The notes beneath the pieces are model-generated. The model worked only from the letters and a program-made list of their open reading frames with translations. It had not been told where the DNA came from and ran no database searches. 64,000 bases of DNA from Candidatus Omnitrophota bacterium (GTDB lineage Bacteria; Omnitrophota; Omnitrophia; Omnitrophales; Aquincolibacteriaceae), in NCBI GenBank assembly GCA_003140935.1, contig PLLJ01000011.1, positions 2,634-66,633 on the forward strand, read 5' to 3'. The stretch's first letter is position 1. The number at the start of each line of letters is the position of its first letter. Shown here one piece after another: positions 51,952 through 64,000 of the stretch. Both the position numbers and the translations under genes were made by a program.

Positions 51952-53211
51952 TCATTTTTCCGTTTGCTCGGTATACTCCCTGTAATGCTCTAAAATAAGC
52001 TTCATTAAAAGCTCGGCATCATGGCGAACCTGCTCGCCCGCCTGAAGCACATCCCCTTGGATGATCTGGTAACCTTTTTCCCGGATCTTCTCGACGTCCA
52101 GTTTCACCGGTACCGCGCCCTGTTGGGCATAACGTCGGAGCATCGCCTCCGGAATGGTCGCCGTGTTCACAAAACAAGCATCGATGATCCTCGGATCTGT
52201 ATGGTCCAGGATCACGTTCAAATGATCCCACGCGCTCATCCCTGTCGTCTCGCCGGGTTGCGTCATCGCGTTCATGATATAGACTTTGTACGCATCGGAC
52301 CGAAGCACCGCATCACGAATATCCTCGATCAAAAGATTCGGCAAAATACTGGTATAAAGACTTCCCGGACCCATAAGAATGAGGTCAGCAATCTCGATCG
52401 CGTCCAGGGCTTCCTGACACGCTTTGCAATCATCCGGCAGGAGACGGATGCTACGAAGGGGTCTTTTCAGATCTGTGATATTCGTCTCGCCTTCGACCGA
52501 CGTCCCGTCCATGAATTCGCCCACAAGCGTCACTTTTTCAAGCGTCGACGGAAGCACCCGTCCTCGGATGGCCAAAACCTTGCTGGACTCCGCGATCGCT
52601 TTTTCGAAATCGCCCGTCACTTTCGAGAGCGCGGTGATAAAAAGATTCCCGAAGCTGTGTCCCTTCAGTCCTTCCCCGAGATCGAAACGATACTGAAACA
52701 GATCGCGGATGAGCGGCCCGGCATCGGCAAGCGCCACGAGACAGTTACGGATATCACCCGGTGGCAGCATGTCCATTTCATCGCGCAAACGGCCGGAGCT
52801 TCCGCCCGTATCTGTTACCGTCACAATCGCGGTAATGTTGCTTGTAAATGTTTTGACGCCTGAAAGCATGGTGCTGAGGCCCGTCCCTCCACCAATCGCC
52901 ACAACACGCGGTCCATGCAACAGGGACTCCACCCGGCGTTTCTGGTAAACAATATCCACAAGCGAATCGTGACCGTTCAAAGGCATGAGCGCATGCACGA
53001 AGATGCGGACCATGTTTTTGATCGAGGTATAGATAAGAAAAATCCCGAGGATCAAAAGCGCCGTTGCGAATGAGGCCAGCAATACGCTCGTTTTGGCCAT
53101 GGTCTGCACGGTCAAGAGAGCCACCAACACGATAAATCCAAGCCCCAACGCGCAAAGAATGATCCATCGTTTGATTCCGATACCAGGATAAAACCACTTA
53201 AAGAATTTCAT
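51952..53211 (-). CDS. YvcK/CofD-like gluconeogenesis-factor family protein with N-terminal two-helix membrane anchor
   Basis: VVAIGGGTGLSTMLSGV and UPF0052 core preceded by ~90 aa hydrophobic region. Confidence 0.8.
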   Translation of the reverse strand: MKFFKWFYPGIGIKRWIILCALGLGFIVLVALLTVQTMAKTSVLLASFATALLILGIFLIYTSIKNMVRIFVHALMPLNGHDSLVDIVYQKRRVESLLHGPRVVAIGGGTGLSTMLSGVKTFTSNITAIVTVTDTGGSSGRLRDEMDMLPPGDIRNCLVALADAGPLIRDLFQYRFDLGEGLKGHSFGNLFITALSKVTGDFEKAIAESSKVLAIRGRVLPSTLEKVTLVGEFMDGTSVEGETNITDLKRPLRSIRLLPDDCKACQEALDAIEIADLILMGPGSLYTSILPNLLIEDIRDAVLRSDAYKVYIMNAMTQPGETTGMSAWDHLNVILDHTDPRIIDACFVNTATIPEAMLRRYAQQGAVPVKLDVEKIREKGYQIIQGDVLQAGEQVRHDAELLMKLILEHYREYTEQTEK

Positions 53212-53238
53212 AAAAGGCGGTTGCGAAGACGGTCCGGA

Positions 53239-53703
53239 TCAAACCTTGCGGTTTTCTTCTCTTGCGATCAGGTCGAAAATATCCTTCGAGGTTTTGCACT
53301 TTCTGATAAGTTCGCAAAAGTAAGTGTCCCGGAGAAGTCTTGAGATCTGCGCCAATGCTTTAAGATGCGGCCCGGCGGTGTCCTTGGGTGCGACAAGCAG
53401 GAACAGGATATAGACCGGTTCGCCGTCCAAGGCTTCGAAGTTCACGCCTTTGCGGCTTACGCCGAGTACGGCTACGAGTCCGTCCACTTTATCGGTCTTC
53501 CCGTGCGGGATCGCGATCCCCTGCCCGATACCCGTAGAACCCAGGTTCTCGCGCTCGATCAGAGCGCGAAGAATATTTTTTTTATCCCCCACGTCCTTGA
53601 CCTCGGCCAGAAGGTCGACCATTTCTTTGAGAATACCTTCTTTGTCGGTCGCTTCCAGATCGACCTTGATGCCTTTGACGTTGAGAAAATCGGTGATCTT
53701 CAT
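53239..53703 (-). CDS. ptsN: PTS IIA-type nitrogen regulatory protein (EIIA-Ntr)
   Basis: GIAIPHGK phospho-His motif of the fructose/mannitol-type EIIA fold. Confidence 0.85.
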   Translation of the reverse strand: MKITDFLNVKGIKVDLEATDKEGILKEMVDLLAEVKDVGDKKNILRALIERENLGSTGIGQGIAIPHGKTDKVDGLVAVLGVSRKGVNFEALDGEPVYILFLLVAPKDTAGPHLKALAQISRLLRDTYFCELIRKCKTSKDIFDLIAREENRKV

Positions 53704-53738
53704 GGATCTATTCCTCCTGATTGAAAAAGGTTGTAGAA

Positions 53739-54296
53739 CTAGAATCCCGGCTCGATCAGCCCGTGATTCCCGTCCTTGCGCTTATGGATCACATTCACAC
53801 TGTTGGTATTTTGGTTTAAAAAAACAAGAAAGGTCTCGGGAGAGATCTCGAGTTGAAGACTGGCTTCTTCGGCAGACATCGGTTTGAGCGCAAACGCCGA
53901 GGAGCGAACGATCTTCGGATGATCTTCGGGCAAAATGCTTTCCGTTTCGACCATTCCGAGCGCCCGGGCGATCTTTGCCGAGGCCTTGGCGTTTTCTTTG
54001 TGATGCCCTTTGGATTTCGAGCGGAATTTTTTCAACTGCTTCTCGACCCGCTCATAGGCGTCATCTATCGCCGCAAAGATATTATCTTTGGCCTCGCCCA
54101 TCCCGAAAGCATGGAAATCCTTGGCCGCAAGCGTGATCTCCGCCTTAAAGATGTATTTTTCTTTTTTGAGGAATACATGCGCCTCTACGATCCGCGGAGC
54201 GTACTTTTCGAATTTGGGAAGTCTTTCCTCCAAATGCTCCTTCATCCCCGCGGTGATCTTAAGGTTCTGTCCCGAAAAACGAATATCCACTGTCAT
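53739..54296 (-). CDS. hpf: ribosome hibernation promoting factor (long HPF)
   Basis: N-terminal S30AE/YfiA domain plus C-terminal dimerisation extension, 185 aa. Confidence 0.88.
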   Translation of the reverse strand: MTVDIRFSGQNLKITAGMKEHLEERLPKFEKYAPRIVEAHVFLKKEKYIFKAEITLAAKDFHAFGMGEAKDNIFAAIDDAYERVEKQLKKFRSKSKGHHKENAKASAKIARALGMVETESILPEDHPKIVRSSAFALKPMSAEEASLQLEISPETFLVFLNQNTNSVNVIHKRKDGNHGLIEPGF

Positions 54297-54345
54297 TTCC
54301 TCCTTGAGGGTCTTTAATGAATTGATGCAAAACGCGGATGTCGGA

Positions 54346-55071
54346 TCAAGCTAAGGTGAACCTCTCCCCAAGATAGATCTCTCTAGCTTTGGAATCGGAG
54401 GCAAGAAACTCCGAGGTCCCGGAGACTTCGACCTTGCCTTCGAAAAGAAGATAAGAACGATCCGTGATGGAAAGCGTTTCGCGAACGCTATGATCCGTCA
54501 ACAAAATGCTAAGGCCTTGGGCCTTGAGCCGCTGAAGGATTTTTTGCACCTCAAAGACCGCGATGGGATCCACGCCGCTAAAAGGCTCGTCCAAAAGAAT
54601 CAGAGAAGGATTGGTCACGAGCGCGCGCGTGATCTCAAGCCGCCGCCGTTCGCCTCCGGAAAGCGTGTACGCCTTGTTCTTCGCAAGATAGGCGATATCG
54701 AGATCGTTCAAGAGCCGTTTGAGGCGACGGTCGCGCTCTTCCTGAGAGATCTCCAAAGTTTCCAGGATGGCCATAATATTTTCTTCCACGGTCAATTTGC
54801 GAAAAATGGAGGGCTCCTGGGAAAGATAACCGATCCCAAGTCTCGCTCTCTCAAACATCGGAAGATTCGTGATCTCTTCGCCCCGGAAAAAGATCTGTCC
54901 AGATTCCGGACGAATGACCCCAACCACCATATAAAATGATGTGGTCTTCCCGGCACCGTTGGGGCCCAGAAGTCCCACGATCTCGCCGCGCGAGATCTGG
55001 ATATTCACACCGTTCACGACCGTGCGACCCTTGTAACTTTTCGTCAGCCGTTTCGTCTCAAGCAAATTCAT
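54346..55071 (-). CDS. lptB: LPS export ABC transporter ATP-binding protein
   Basis: GPNGAGKTT, LSGGERRRLEI, conserved LptB length and position next to lptC/A-like gene. Confidence 0.92.
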   Translation of the reverse strand: MNLLETKRLTKSYKGRTVVNGVNIQISRGEIVGLLGPNGAGKTTSFYMVVGVIRPESGQIFFRGEEITNLPMFERARLGIGYLSQEPSIFRKLTVEENIMAILETLEISQEERDRRLKRLLNDLDIAYLAKNKAYTLSGGERRRLEITRALVTNPSLILLDEPFSGVDPIAVFEVQKILQRLKAQGLSILLTDHSVRETLSITDRSYLLFEGKVEVSGTSEFLASDSKAREIYLGERFTLA

Positions 55072-55073
55072 GA

Positions 55074-55958
55074 TCAGGCAACTCCCTTCCCGAGGTCTTT
55101 GGAAGCATCCCCGCCAAAATAAAGAGCTTCCGTATCCCCTCCCAAAATGATCCGTCCTTCGTCCGCCAGATAGATCACGCTATCCGAGTAGGTCTTGTTC
55201 CCGTCGGGGTTCTCGATCACCACGTCACCTGCGGATACGATCTTAGAAACGCGACGGCTTACGCGGTTGTAATAAACGTCCATCGTATCGGCCGTTAGCT
55301 TCCCGCGGGAATCCTGCGCCACGACGTTGTCCTTGAAATGCGCAATATTTTTTTCGTAGTCGACCACGAGAGGCCCGTCGCAAGTAATGGTCGTCGGCCC
55401 GGTTTCTTTATCCTCGGTGTTCTGCACGACCACCGTCACATTTTTTTTGAATTTCACTTTTTTCAGGTTCGTCTCTGCCCGGGCACCGGTACCTTCCACA
55501 TTGATATTGTCTTTCTTGACTTGCGTCGGAAGATCGGTCTCCACAACGTGTTCCGAGGGGCTCATGTCCAGGGCCTCGGTCACGAGGCGCGTTCCATCGT
55601 CGGTCGTGGCCACAACATTTTTTTCGAGATGGATCTTGTTCTTTTTCTTGTCGTACTTGCCGCGATCCGCCGTAACGGTCACGGGAACTTCTTCGGCATA
55701 CGCCTTGGCCATCACATTCATCAGCTGTACCGTGTTAGAAAGGATATCCGCGGAATCACCTTCGATCTCGATCTCACGCTGCCCTTCGGGCGTATACTTG
55801 GTGAATGAAAAAGAGAGGATTTTCTGCGGTTTCTGCTCGGAGGGTTGCACGATTCCTTGTTCGGCCTTTTGCTTGCGGGTGATCACCACCTGCATCTGCA
55901 CGAAAAATACATAGAACACCACAAGCACGACAAAGATAAAAATAAGACGCTTGATCAT
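55074..55958 (-). CDS. LptC/LptA-family (OstA-like) LPS transport protein with N-terminal TM anchor
   Basis: N-terminal TM helix then OstA-like beta-jellyroll region; placed immediately upstream of lptB. Confidence 0.6.
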   Translation of the reverse strand: MIKRLIFIFVVLVVFYVFFVQMQVVITRKQKAEQGIVQPSEQKPQKILSFSFTKYTPEGQREIEIEGDSADILSNTVQLMNVMAKAYAEEVPVTVTADRGKYDKKKNKIHLEKNVVATTDDGTRLVTEALDMSPSEHVVETDLPTQVKKDNINVEGTGARAETNLKKVKFKKNVTVVVQNTEDKETGPTTITCDGPLVVDYEKNIAHFKDNVVAQDSRGKLTADTMDVYYNRVSRRVSKIVSAGDVVIENPDGNKTYSDSVIYLADEGRIILGGDTEALYFGGDASKDLGKGVA

Positions 55959-56899
55959 GAGTGTTTCACTGTCTCCTTAAGTTCCGCCGCGACTACCTCG
56001 TCGGGCTTCGTTTTCCAGCGATCATGCATCCACCCCCATTGCTCCGGGTAACGGCGGATCACTTCTTCAAAATCTTTCATCCAGGCTTCTGTGTATTTCC
56101 GGATCGAAGCCGTCCGGTCATTATCTTCGATCTTCGGCCGTATCAAGTTACCCAGAAAGAGCTTGTAACGATTTCCAGGCATCCGGATCATACAGGCTGG
56201 CAGGATCGGCGCTCCCAAGGCCATGGCGAACTTTACCGGCGCCACGGACGTATAAGCCGGCCTTCTAAAAAAATCCACAAAAACACCACGCACCCGGTCC
56301 ATATCCTGATCGGGTAAAAGGCCGACGATCTCACCAGCCTTTAAATGCTTATGGATCTGCCGGGCAGCTTCATCCTGATAAATCGTCTGGACCCCCACAG
56401 AATTCCGCAGGCCCACGATCCACCGGTTGTACGGCTCATAATAGATCCGTCGACCGACCACGGCACCCTGGAAACCTTGCAAGCCAAAAATCCCGGCTAA
56501 AAGTTCCCAGTTGCCCATGTGTGGCGTCATTATAATGAGCCCTTTCCCTTCTTGCAAAATATCTTTGCAGAAAGAATAGGCTTCACCGGTCTCGATAAAA
56601 GAGTCCGCTTGATCACGTGAGAGTGTAGCAAAACGCAAAAAATCCACGGCCGTCTGGAGCATATGCCCCATCACCCGGCGGCCAATCGTTTTCAACTCCT
56701 CGGGACTTTTTGTGCTGCCGTACGCAAACTTCAGATTTTCAAGGATCTTTGTCCTTTGGCGCGAAACGACCCGGTATCCTAAATATCCGATCCCGTTCGC
56801 GAGCGCCAATGCCCAACTTCGTGGCAGAACCAGCAAAAGCCCCGCTCCAAGCCTTGCTAAAAGATAAAGCGGATAGCGATAAAATTTGCGCTTGGCCAT
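55955..56899 (-). CDS. lipid A biosynthesis (Kdo2-lipid IVA) acyltransferase LpxL/HtrB family
   Basis: PHMGNWE acyltransferase motif and overall LpxL-like length. Confidence 0.75.
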   Translation of the reverse strand: MAKRKFYRYPLYLLARLGAGLLLVLPRSWALALANGIGYLGYRVVSRQRTKILENLKFAYGSTKSPEELKTIGRRVMGHMLQTAVDFLRFATLSRDQADSFIETGEAYSFCKDILQEGKGLIIMTPHMGNWELLAGIFGLQGFQGAVVGRRIYYEPYNRWIVGLRNSVGVQTIYQDEAARQIHKHLKAGEIVGLLPDQDMDRVRGVFVDFFRRPAYTSVAPVKFAMALGAPILPACMIRMPGNRYKLFLGNLIRPKIEDNDRTASIRKYTEAWMKDFEEVIRRYPEQWGWMHDRWKTKPDEVVAAELKETVKHS

Positions 56900-56906
56900 A
56901 GGCGGA

Positions 56907-57878
56907 TTAAACCCGTCCCGCCCTCATAAGGTCCTGAACGTCCAAGAGGCCTACGACGCGCCGGACTTTGTCCACTACCGGCAATTCATCGATGCGGAGG
57001 GTCTCCATGATATGGAACGCTTCTTCTGCAAGTCTTTCCTTCCGGATATAGCGAGGTTTGAGCGTGGCTAATTGGACCACGGGCCGGTTCAGGATCTTTT
57101 CGCCCCGGGATCTCAGGTGACGCCGGAGATCTCCGTCCGTAAAGACGCCCATCAATTTTCCATGCCCGTCGACGATCGTACAACTTCCAGCCCTTGAGGC
57201 CGTGATCTTAAGAAGCGCCTGACGCACTGTCGTCTTCGCCCCCACGAGCGGATTGGCCTTCCCTGTACGCATGATCTCCCCAACCTTCAGTAACCGTCTT
57301 CCGAGACTTCCCGCCGGATGCAACTCCGCGAAATCTTCGGAGCAAAAATCTTTTTTCTTAAGAAGTGAAAGCGCAAGCGCGTCCCCCATCGCAAGTGAAG
57401 CGGTCGTCGAAGCGGAAGGCGCCAAATTCAAAGGACAAGCTTCGCGCCGCACACCGAGATCAAGCACTATGTCCGCATTTTTCCCAAGAGTGGATCCCGG
57501 GACGCTTGTCAGCGCGACGATTTTCACGCCTTTTTTCTTTATCAGAGGGAGAAGTCTCACGATCTCTTCACTTTCTCCGCTTTGCGAGATCGCGATCACA
57601 AGGTCCTTGGAAGTCACCATCCCAAAATCACCGTGGACCGCCTCGGCGGGATGAAGGAAAAAAGCAGGGGTTCCCGTGGAGGCCATGGTCGCGGCGATCT
57701 TGCGGGCGATAAAACCTGGTTTTCCCATCCCGGTAAGTATCACGCGCCCTTTGCAATCCGCCATCCATTGAACTACCGTCTCAAAATTCTTGCCGATCTT
57801 GGGGCGAAGCCGCGAGATGGCACGAGCTTCGATCTTGAGAACCTCTTTGGCAAGTTGTATTACATTCGATGTTTTCAT
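56907..57878 (-). CDS. kdsD: arabinose-5-phosphate isomerase (SIS + tandem CBS)
   Basis: GMGKPGFIARKIAATMASTGTPAFFLHPAEAVHGD SIS motif and C-terminal CBS pair. Confidence 0.88.
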   Translation of the reverse strand: MKTSNVIQLAKEVLKIEARAISRLRPKIGKNFETVVQWMADCKGRVILTGMGKPGFIARKIAATMASTGTPAFFLHPAEAVHGDFGMVTSKDLVIAISQSGESEEIVRLLPLIKKKGVKIVALTSVPGSTLGKNADIVLDLGVRREACPLNLAPSASTTASLAMGDALALSLLKKKDFCSEDFAELHPAGSLGRRLLKVGEIMRTGKANPLVGAKTTVRQALLKITASRAGSCTIVDGHGKLMGVFTDGDLRRHLRSRGEKILNRPVVQLATLKPRYIRKERLAEEAFHIMETLRIDELPVVDKVRRVVGLLDVQDLMRAGRV

Positions 57879-57882
57879 AGTT

Positions 57883-61148
<3,266 letters not shown>

Positions 61149-61152
<4 letters not shown>

Positions 61153-62168
61153 GCCTTCCGGATCGCTTCTTCAAGTTCTTCGGGGGCGACCGTCGCAGTG
61201 CCAAGTTTTCCGACCACAATACCGGCCGCAAGATTCGAAATCTTCGCTGCTTCTTGCATTTTCGCGCCCGCCGCCAAGGCAACCGCAAGGGTCGCGATCA
61301 CTGTATCCCCGGCGCCGGAAACATCGTAGACTTCGCGCGCAGCGGTCGGAACGCGGGTGAGCTTTTTATTTTTTTCAAAAAGCGCCATCCCATCTTCACC
61401 GAGCGTGATCAGTACGGAATCAAGCTTCAATTTTTTCATCAGCCCCCACCCCACTTCTTCGAGCTCCGGGGTTTTGTAACAAGAAACATGAGTGCGTTCA
61501 TAACCCATGTAGGCTTCGCTACGGTTCGGGGTGATGCAGGTCACCCCCCGGTAATAGAGAAAATGTTTTTCCTTGGGATCCACGAGCACGGGTTTTTTGA
61601 ATTTCCTGGCAAGGCGGACGATCTCTTTTAAAAGGAAGGGCTGCATCACGCCTTTTCCGTAATCCTCAAGGATCACGACATCCATTCGGTTGATATTCTC
61701 GCGGACAAATTTCAGGATCTTCAAAAGATGCGCCTTGGAGACATCGTCCGTCTTTTCACGGTCAAAGCGGACGACCTGCTGGGAGTGTGCGATCACGCGG
61801 GTTTTGAGGGACGTCGGACGTGCCGGGTCACAAACGATCCCGCCCGTCTCGATCCCCTGCTTACGCATCGCCTTAAGTAACATGCGCCCATAAAGATCGC
61901 GGCCCACCACTCCGCAAGGGCAAACCTGGCCTTGGAGAGAACGGATATTATTAGCCACATTAAGCGATCCCCCCAGCATAAAAGATTCCCTCTCAACCTT
62001 GACCACCGGAACCGGTGCCTCGGGGGAAATACGCTTCACGCTCCCCCAGACAAATTGATCCAGAATGAAATCCCCGATTACAAGGATACGGACCTCCTGG
62101 AACCTTTCAAGGATTTCGAGAAAGCGTCTTTTTTCCAAGCTGCTCAGCGGTAAGAATGCGGTCTTCAT
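61149..62168 (-). CDS. D-glycero-beta-D-manno-heptose-7-phosphate kinase (RfaE domain I, PfkB family)
   Basis: VIGDFILDQFVWGSVKRISPEAPVPVV and C-terminal PfkB motif DVSGAGDTV; start at ATG 62168 leaves room for the downstream terminator. Confidence 0.75.
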
Positions 62169-62184
62169 GAGCCCCTTTCGCACT

Positions 62185-62229
62185 AAAAAAGAGGACAGGC
62201 TTGTCTCTCGCTGCAACTCGCCTGTCCTT
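62185..62229 (-). terminator. rho-independent terminator after fmdB (minus strand)
   Basis: Minus-strand reading: AGGACAGGC-19 nt loop-GCCTGTCCT followed by CTTTTTT. Confidence 0.6.
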
Positions 62230-62347
62230 TAATAATTCGGAATTATAGAGTTGCATTCTAACACCAGAGAGAAGCTATGTCAATGAAAGGAAACCTCTGT
62301 AAGTCTTTTAAATATGATGGGTTAGAAATGATTCGAGGCGGAAAATT

Positions 62348-62635
62348 TTATTTCTTCTTCGTATCACAGGACGAGCAATCGCCGGAGCAGGCCGGGGCCG
62401 AGGAAGTATCCTTTTTGGGAACATCCTTCTTGGCCGACTCCTTGTAACCCTTGGAGCGGTAATCGGTCTGATAAAAGCCACTTCCCTTGAAAAGCACCCC
62501 CGCTCCTCCGGAAATTATGCGCCGGACTTTGGCTTTTCCACATTTCGGACATTTCTTGACGGGCTTGTCGTTCATGGACTGGTATTTCTCGAACCGGTGC
62601 TCGCATGCACCGCATTCATACTCATAAGTCGGCAT
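62348..62635 (-). CDS. FmdB-family zinc-ribbon protein
   Basis: MPTYEYECGACEHRFE...CPKCG CxxC pairs typical of FmdB regulatory zinc ribbon. Confidence 0.8.
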   Translation of the reverse strand: MPTYEYECGACEHRFEKYQSMNDKPVKKCPKCGKAKVRRIISGGAGVLFKGSGFYQTDYRSKGYKESAKKDVPKKDTSSAPACSGDCSSCDTKKK

Positions 62636-62753
62636 AGATTATTTCTCCCTTGGGATCGGTATTTGGAACGAGTTCGATTTTATCACGTGAGACACAAAGA
62701 AAGAACGGGTTAATTTGCGAGTGAGAACCTTTCAAACAATGAAGTCCGTCCGT

Positions 62754-63545
62754 TTAGAAACCGGTGCCGGGTTCGTAGCCGACAAGCGTGGCGACGACTT
62801 CACCGAGAACGGGGACCTTGACCTTCATCACAAGCGGGATGCGGCGCTCGTCCATGCTCATCCATCCATGGACTTTTCCGCGTCGGACAAAAAAACCTTC
62901 GAACAAAATGATCGGTTCGACCTCGACCGCCTGAAAAACACCCACAGGGTCCATCTTCATTTCTTTGATGTCATGCGTAAGGACTTCAAGATCCCAGTTC
63001 TTTTCGTCTGCGTTCACCGGGATCAGAGTCTTGGAATCGGGTTTGAGATCCTGGAGCCGGAGCCAGTAGCAGCACGAGATCTGGTCCTGAACATGCTTGG
63101 GGATGAACATTTCTTTGCGGCTGTTGTCCTTGCGGGAATAAAAGCGGCCGATGTGTTCGTCCTGGTCATATTCCATCAACTCATCCGTCCAGTAGCGGCT
63201 CTCTTTGATCTTTTTTTCATACCGAAGGGAGTGAAAATGCTCGGCGTCCATATAGGTGTGGTGCGTATCCCGGACCTTGTAGATCCAGTCGATCACCGCT
63301 CGCGAGCGAATATTGATCTCGATGTGATAGGCGTCGCGCCCGTTCACCTTAACGAGTTCTTTGACCTGGGACTCCGCTTCCCCCACGACGATTCCGAGAT
63401 AACTGATTTCAAATTTTATTTTTTCCCCGAGGAAGATCTTCTTAACGGGTTTTTCGGAGTAGGGGAAGATCTTTTCCGCTTCCTGAGCAGAGCCTATCGG
63501 AATAAGAAAGATCAACGCTAAGATGAGAAATGCGTATTTTTTCAT
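62754..63545 (-). CDS. exported DUF3108-like protein
   Basis: Signal peptide MKKYAFLILALIFLIPIGSA; table ORF over-extends through repeat copy D, true ATG at 63545. Confidence 0.65.
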   Translation of the reverse strand: MKKYAFLILALIFLIPIGSAQEAEKIFPYSEKPVKKIFLGEKIKFEISYLGIVVGEAESQVKELVKVNGRDAYHIEINIRSRAVIDWIYKVRDTHHTYMDAEHFHSLRYEKKIKESRYWTDELMEYDQDEHIGRFYSRKDNSRKEMFIPKHVQDQISCCYWLRLQDLKPDSKTLIPVNADEKNWDLEVLTHDIKEMKMDPVGVFQAVEVEPIILFEGFFVRRGKVHGWMSMDERRIPLVMKVKVPVLGEVVATLVGYEPGTGF

Positions 63546-63562
63546 GGGAATCAGTTCCGGAT

Positions 63563-63657
63563 AGCCCCAATACCAATCAATCGAAGCAAAGCTGAGATTG
63601 GGGCAATCCTTGTCAACCATTTTGGAAATAAAATCTTAGACAAGGATAGCCCCGTCA
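63563..63657 (-). repeat. repeat element copy D, diverged (gene-proximal end 18 nt upstream of DUF3108 ATG; distal arm overlaps stop of next gene)
   Basis: CCCCAATACCAATCAATCGAAGCaaaGCTGAGATTGGGGCAATCCTTGTCAACCattttggaaataaaatcttaGACAAGGATAGCCCC; second stem GGGGCAATCCTTGTC/GACAAGGATAGCCCC (14/15 bp). Confidence 0.8.
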
Positions 63658-64000
63658 AGACCGATCACGACCCTTTTTATGGGAAGACGTGTCCCGGAGA
63701 GCTCGACCGCTTCCTGAACCATGCGAAAAAGACCGGAACAGCACGGCACTTCCATGATCACCACGGTAAGCGAATAAATAGTGTTGTTCTTGAGAAGTTC
63801 CGCGATCTTTTCGACATAACCGCCGGTTTCATCAAGCTTAGGACAAGCGATCACGAGTTTCTTTCCTTTGAGCATATCTTGATGGAAACTCCCGAGCGTA
63901 AAAGCCGTACAATCGGCTGCGATCAAAAGATCGCATTCCTTGAAATAGGGCGCGAGCGGCGAGATCAGATGGAGCTGGATCGGCCATTGACTGAGCTCGG
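63636..64000 (-). CDS. C-terminal part of an Fe-S cluster protein (runs off window end)
   Basis: ...IAADCTAFTLGSFHQDMLKGKKLVIACPKLDETGGY...MEVPCCSGL; Cys-rich motifs of Fe-S oxidoreductase-like proteins; N-terminus outside window. Confidence 0.45.
   Translation of the reverse strand, partial: ELSQWPIQLHLISPLAPYFKECDLLIAADCTAFTLGSFHQDMLKGKKLVIACPKLDETGGYVEKIAELLKNNTIYSLTVVIMEVPCCSGLFRMVQEAVELSGTRLPIKRVVIGLDGAILV

Overview
The window is a 64-kb chromosomal stretch (about 55-56% GC) from a diderm (Gram-negative-type) bacterium, densely packed with roughly 70 protein-coding genes, most on the minus strand. I found no rRNA, tRNA, CRISPR array, transposase or prophage.

Gene content is mostly housekeeping:
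- Cofactor biosynthesis: mqnE/C-like radical SAM, ispG, thiC, a fused AhbA/AhbB-like siroheme decarboxylase, thiD, and a thiS-thiG-thiH-thiF operon.
- An electron-transfer-flavoprotein island: ETF-QO plus a fused EtfB-EtfA polypeptide, a second discrete etfB-etfA pair, a second ETF-QO-like protein, and a large acyl-CoA dehydrogenase.
- An rpoN-less 'rpoN-type' locus: lptC/A-like, lptB, hpf, ptsN, yvcK, ptsH, ptsI.
- An LPS core/Kdo cluster: lpxL-family, kdsD, kdsA, pyrG, kdsB, heptose kinase; hldD sits elsewhere.
- Others: metK-ahcY, a GDP-mannose module, mdh, rho, an ABC-F ATPase, pilT, a histidine kinase, and an orphan receiver.

The most unusual signal is a previously unannotated repeat of about 95 nt that folds into two hairpins. 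It occurs four times (copies A-D), always in the same orientation and immediately 5' of a start codon. One hairpin shows compensatory base changes between copies. Copy B carries a nested insertion of about 70 nt, and a 12-nt fragment lies at 3485-3500. This looks like either a structured cis-regulatory or leader element, or a 5'-targeting MITE-like family.

Other points worth a second look:
- A Rho factor that lacks the entire N-terminal RNA-binding domain.
- Two ETF systems side by side, one with EtfB and EtfA fused.
- Both thiamine operons with no recognisable TPP riboswitch.
- A secreted/membrane operon: a thioredoxin-like protein, two paralogous membrane proteins sharing a PG[LW]GQ motif, and a dual-PDZ protein.
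- Translationally coupled (ATGA) overlaps between genes with unrelated functions.
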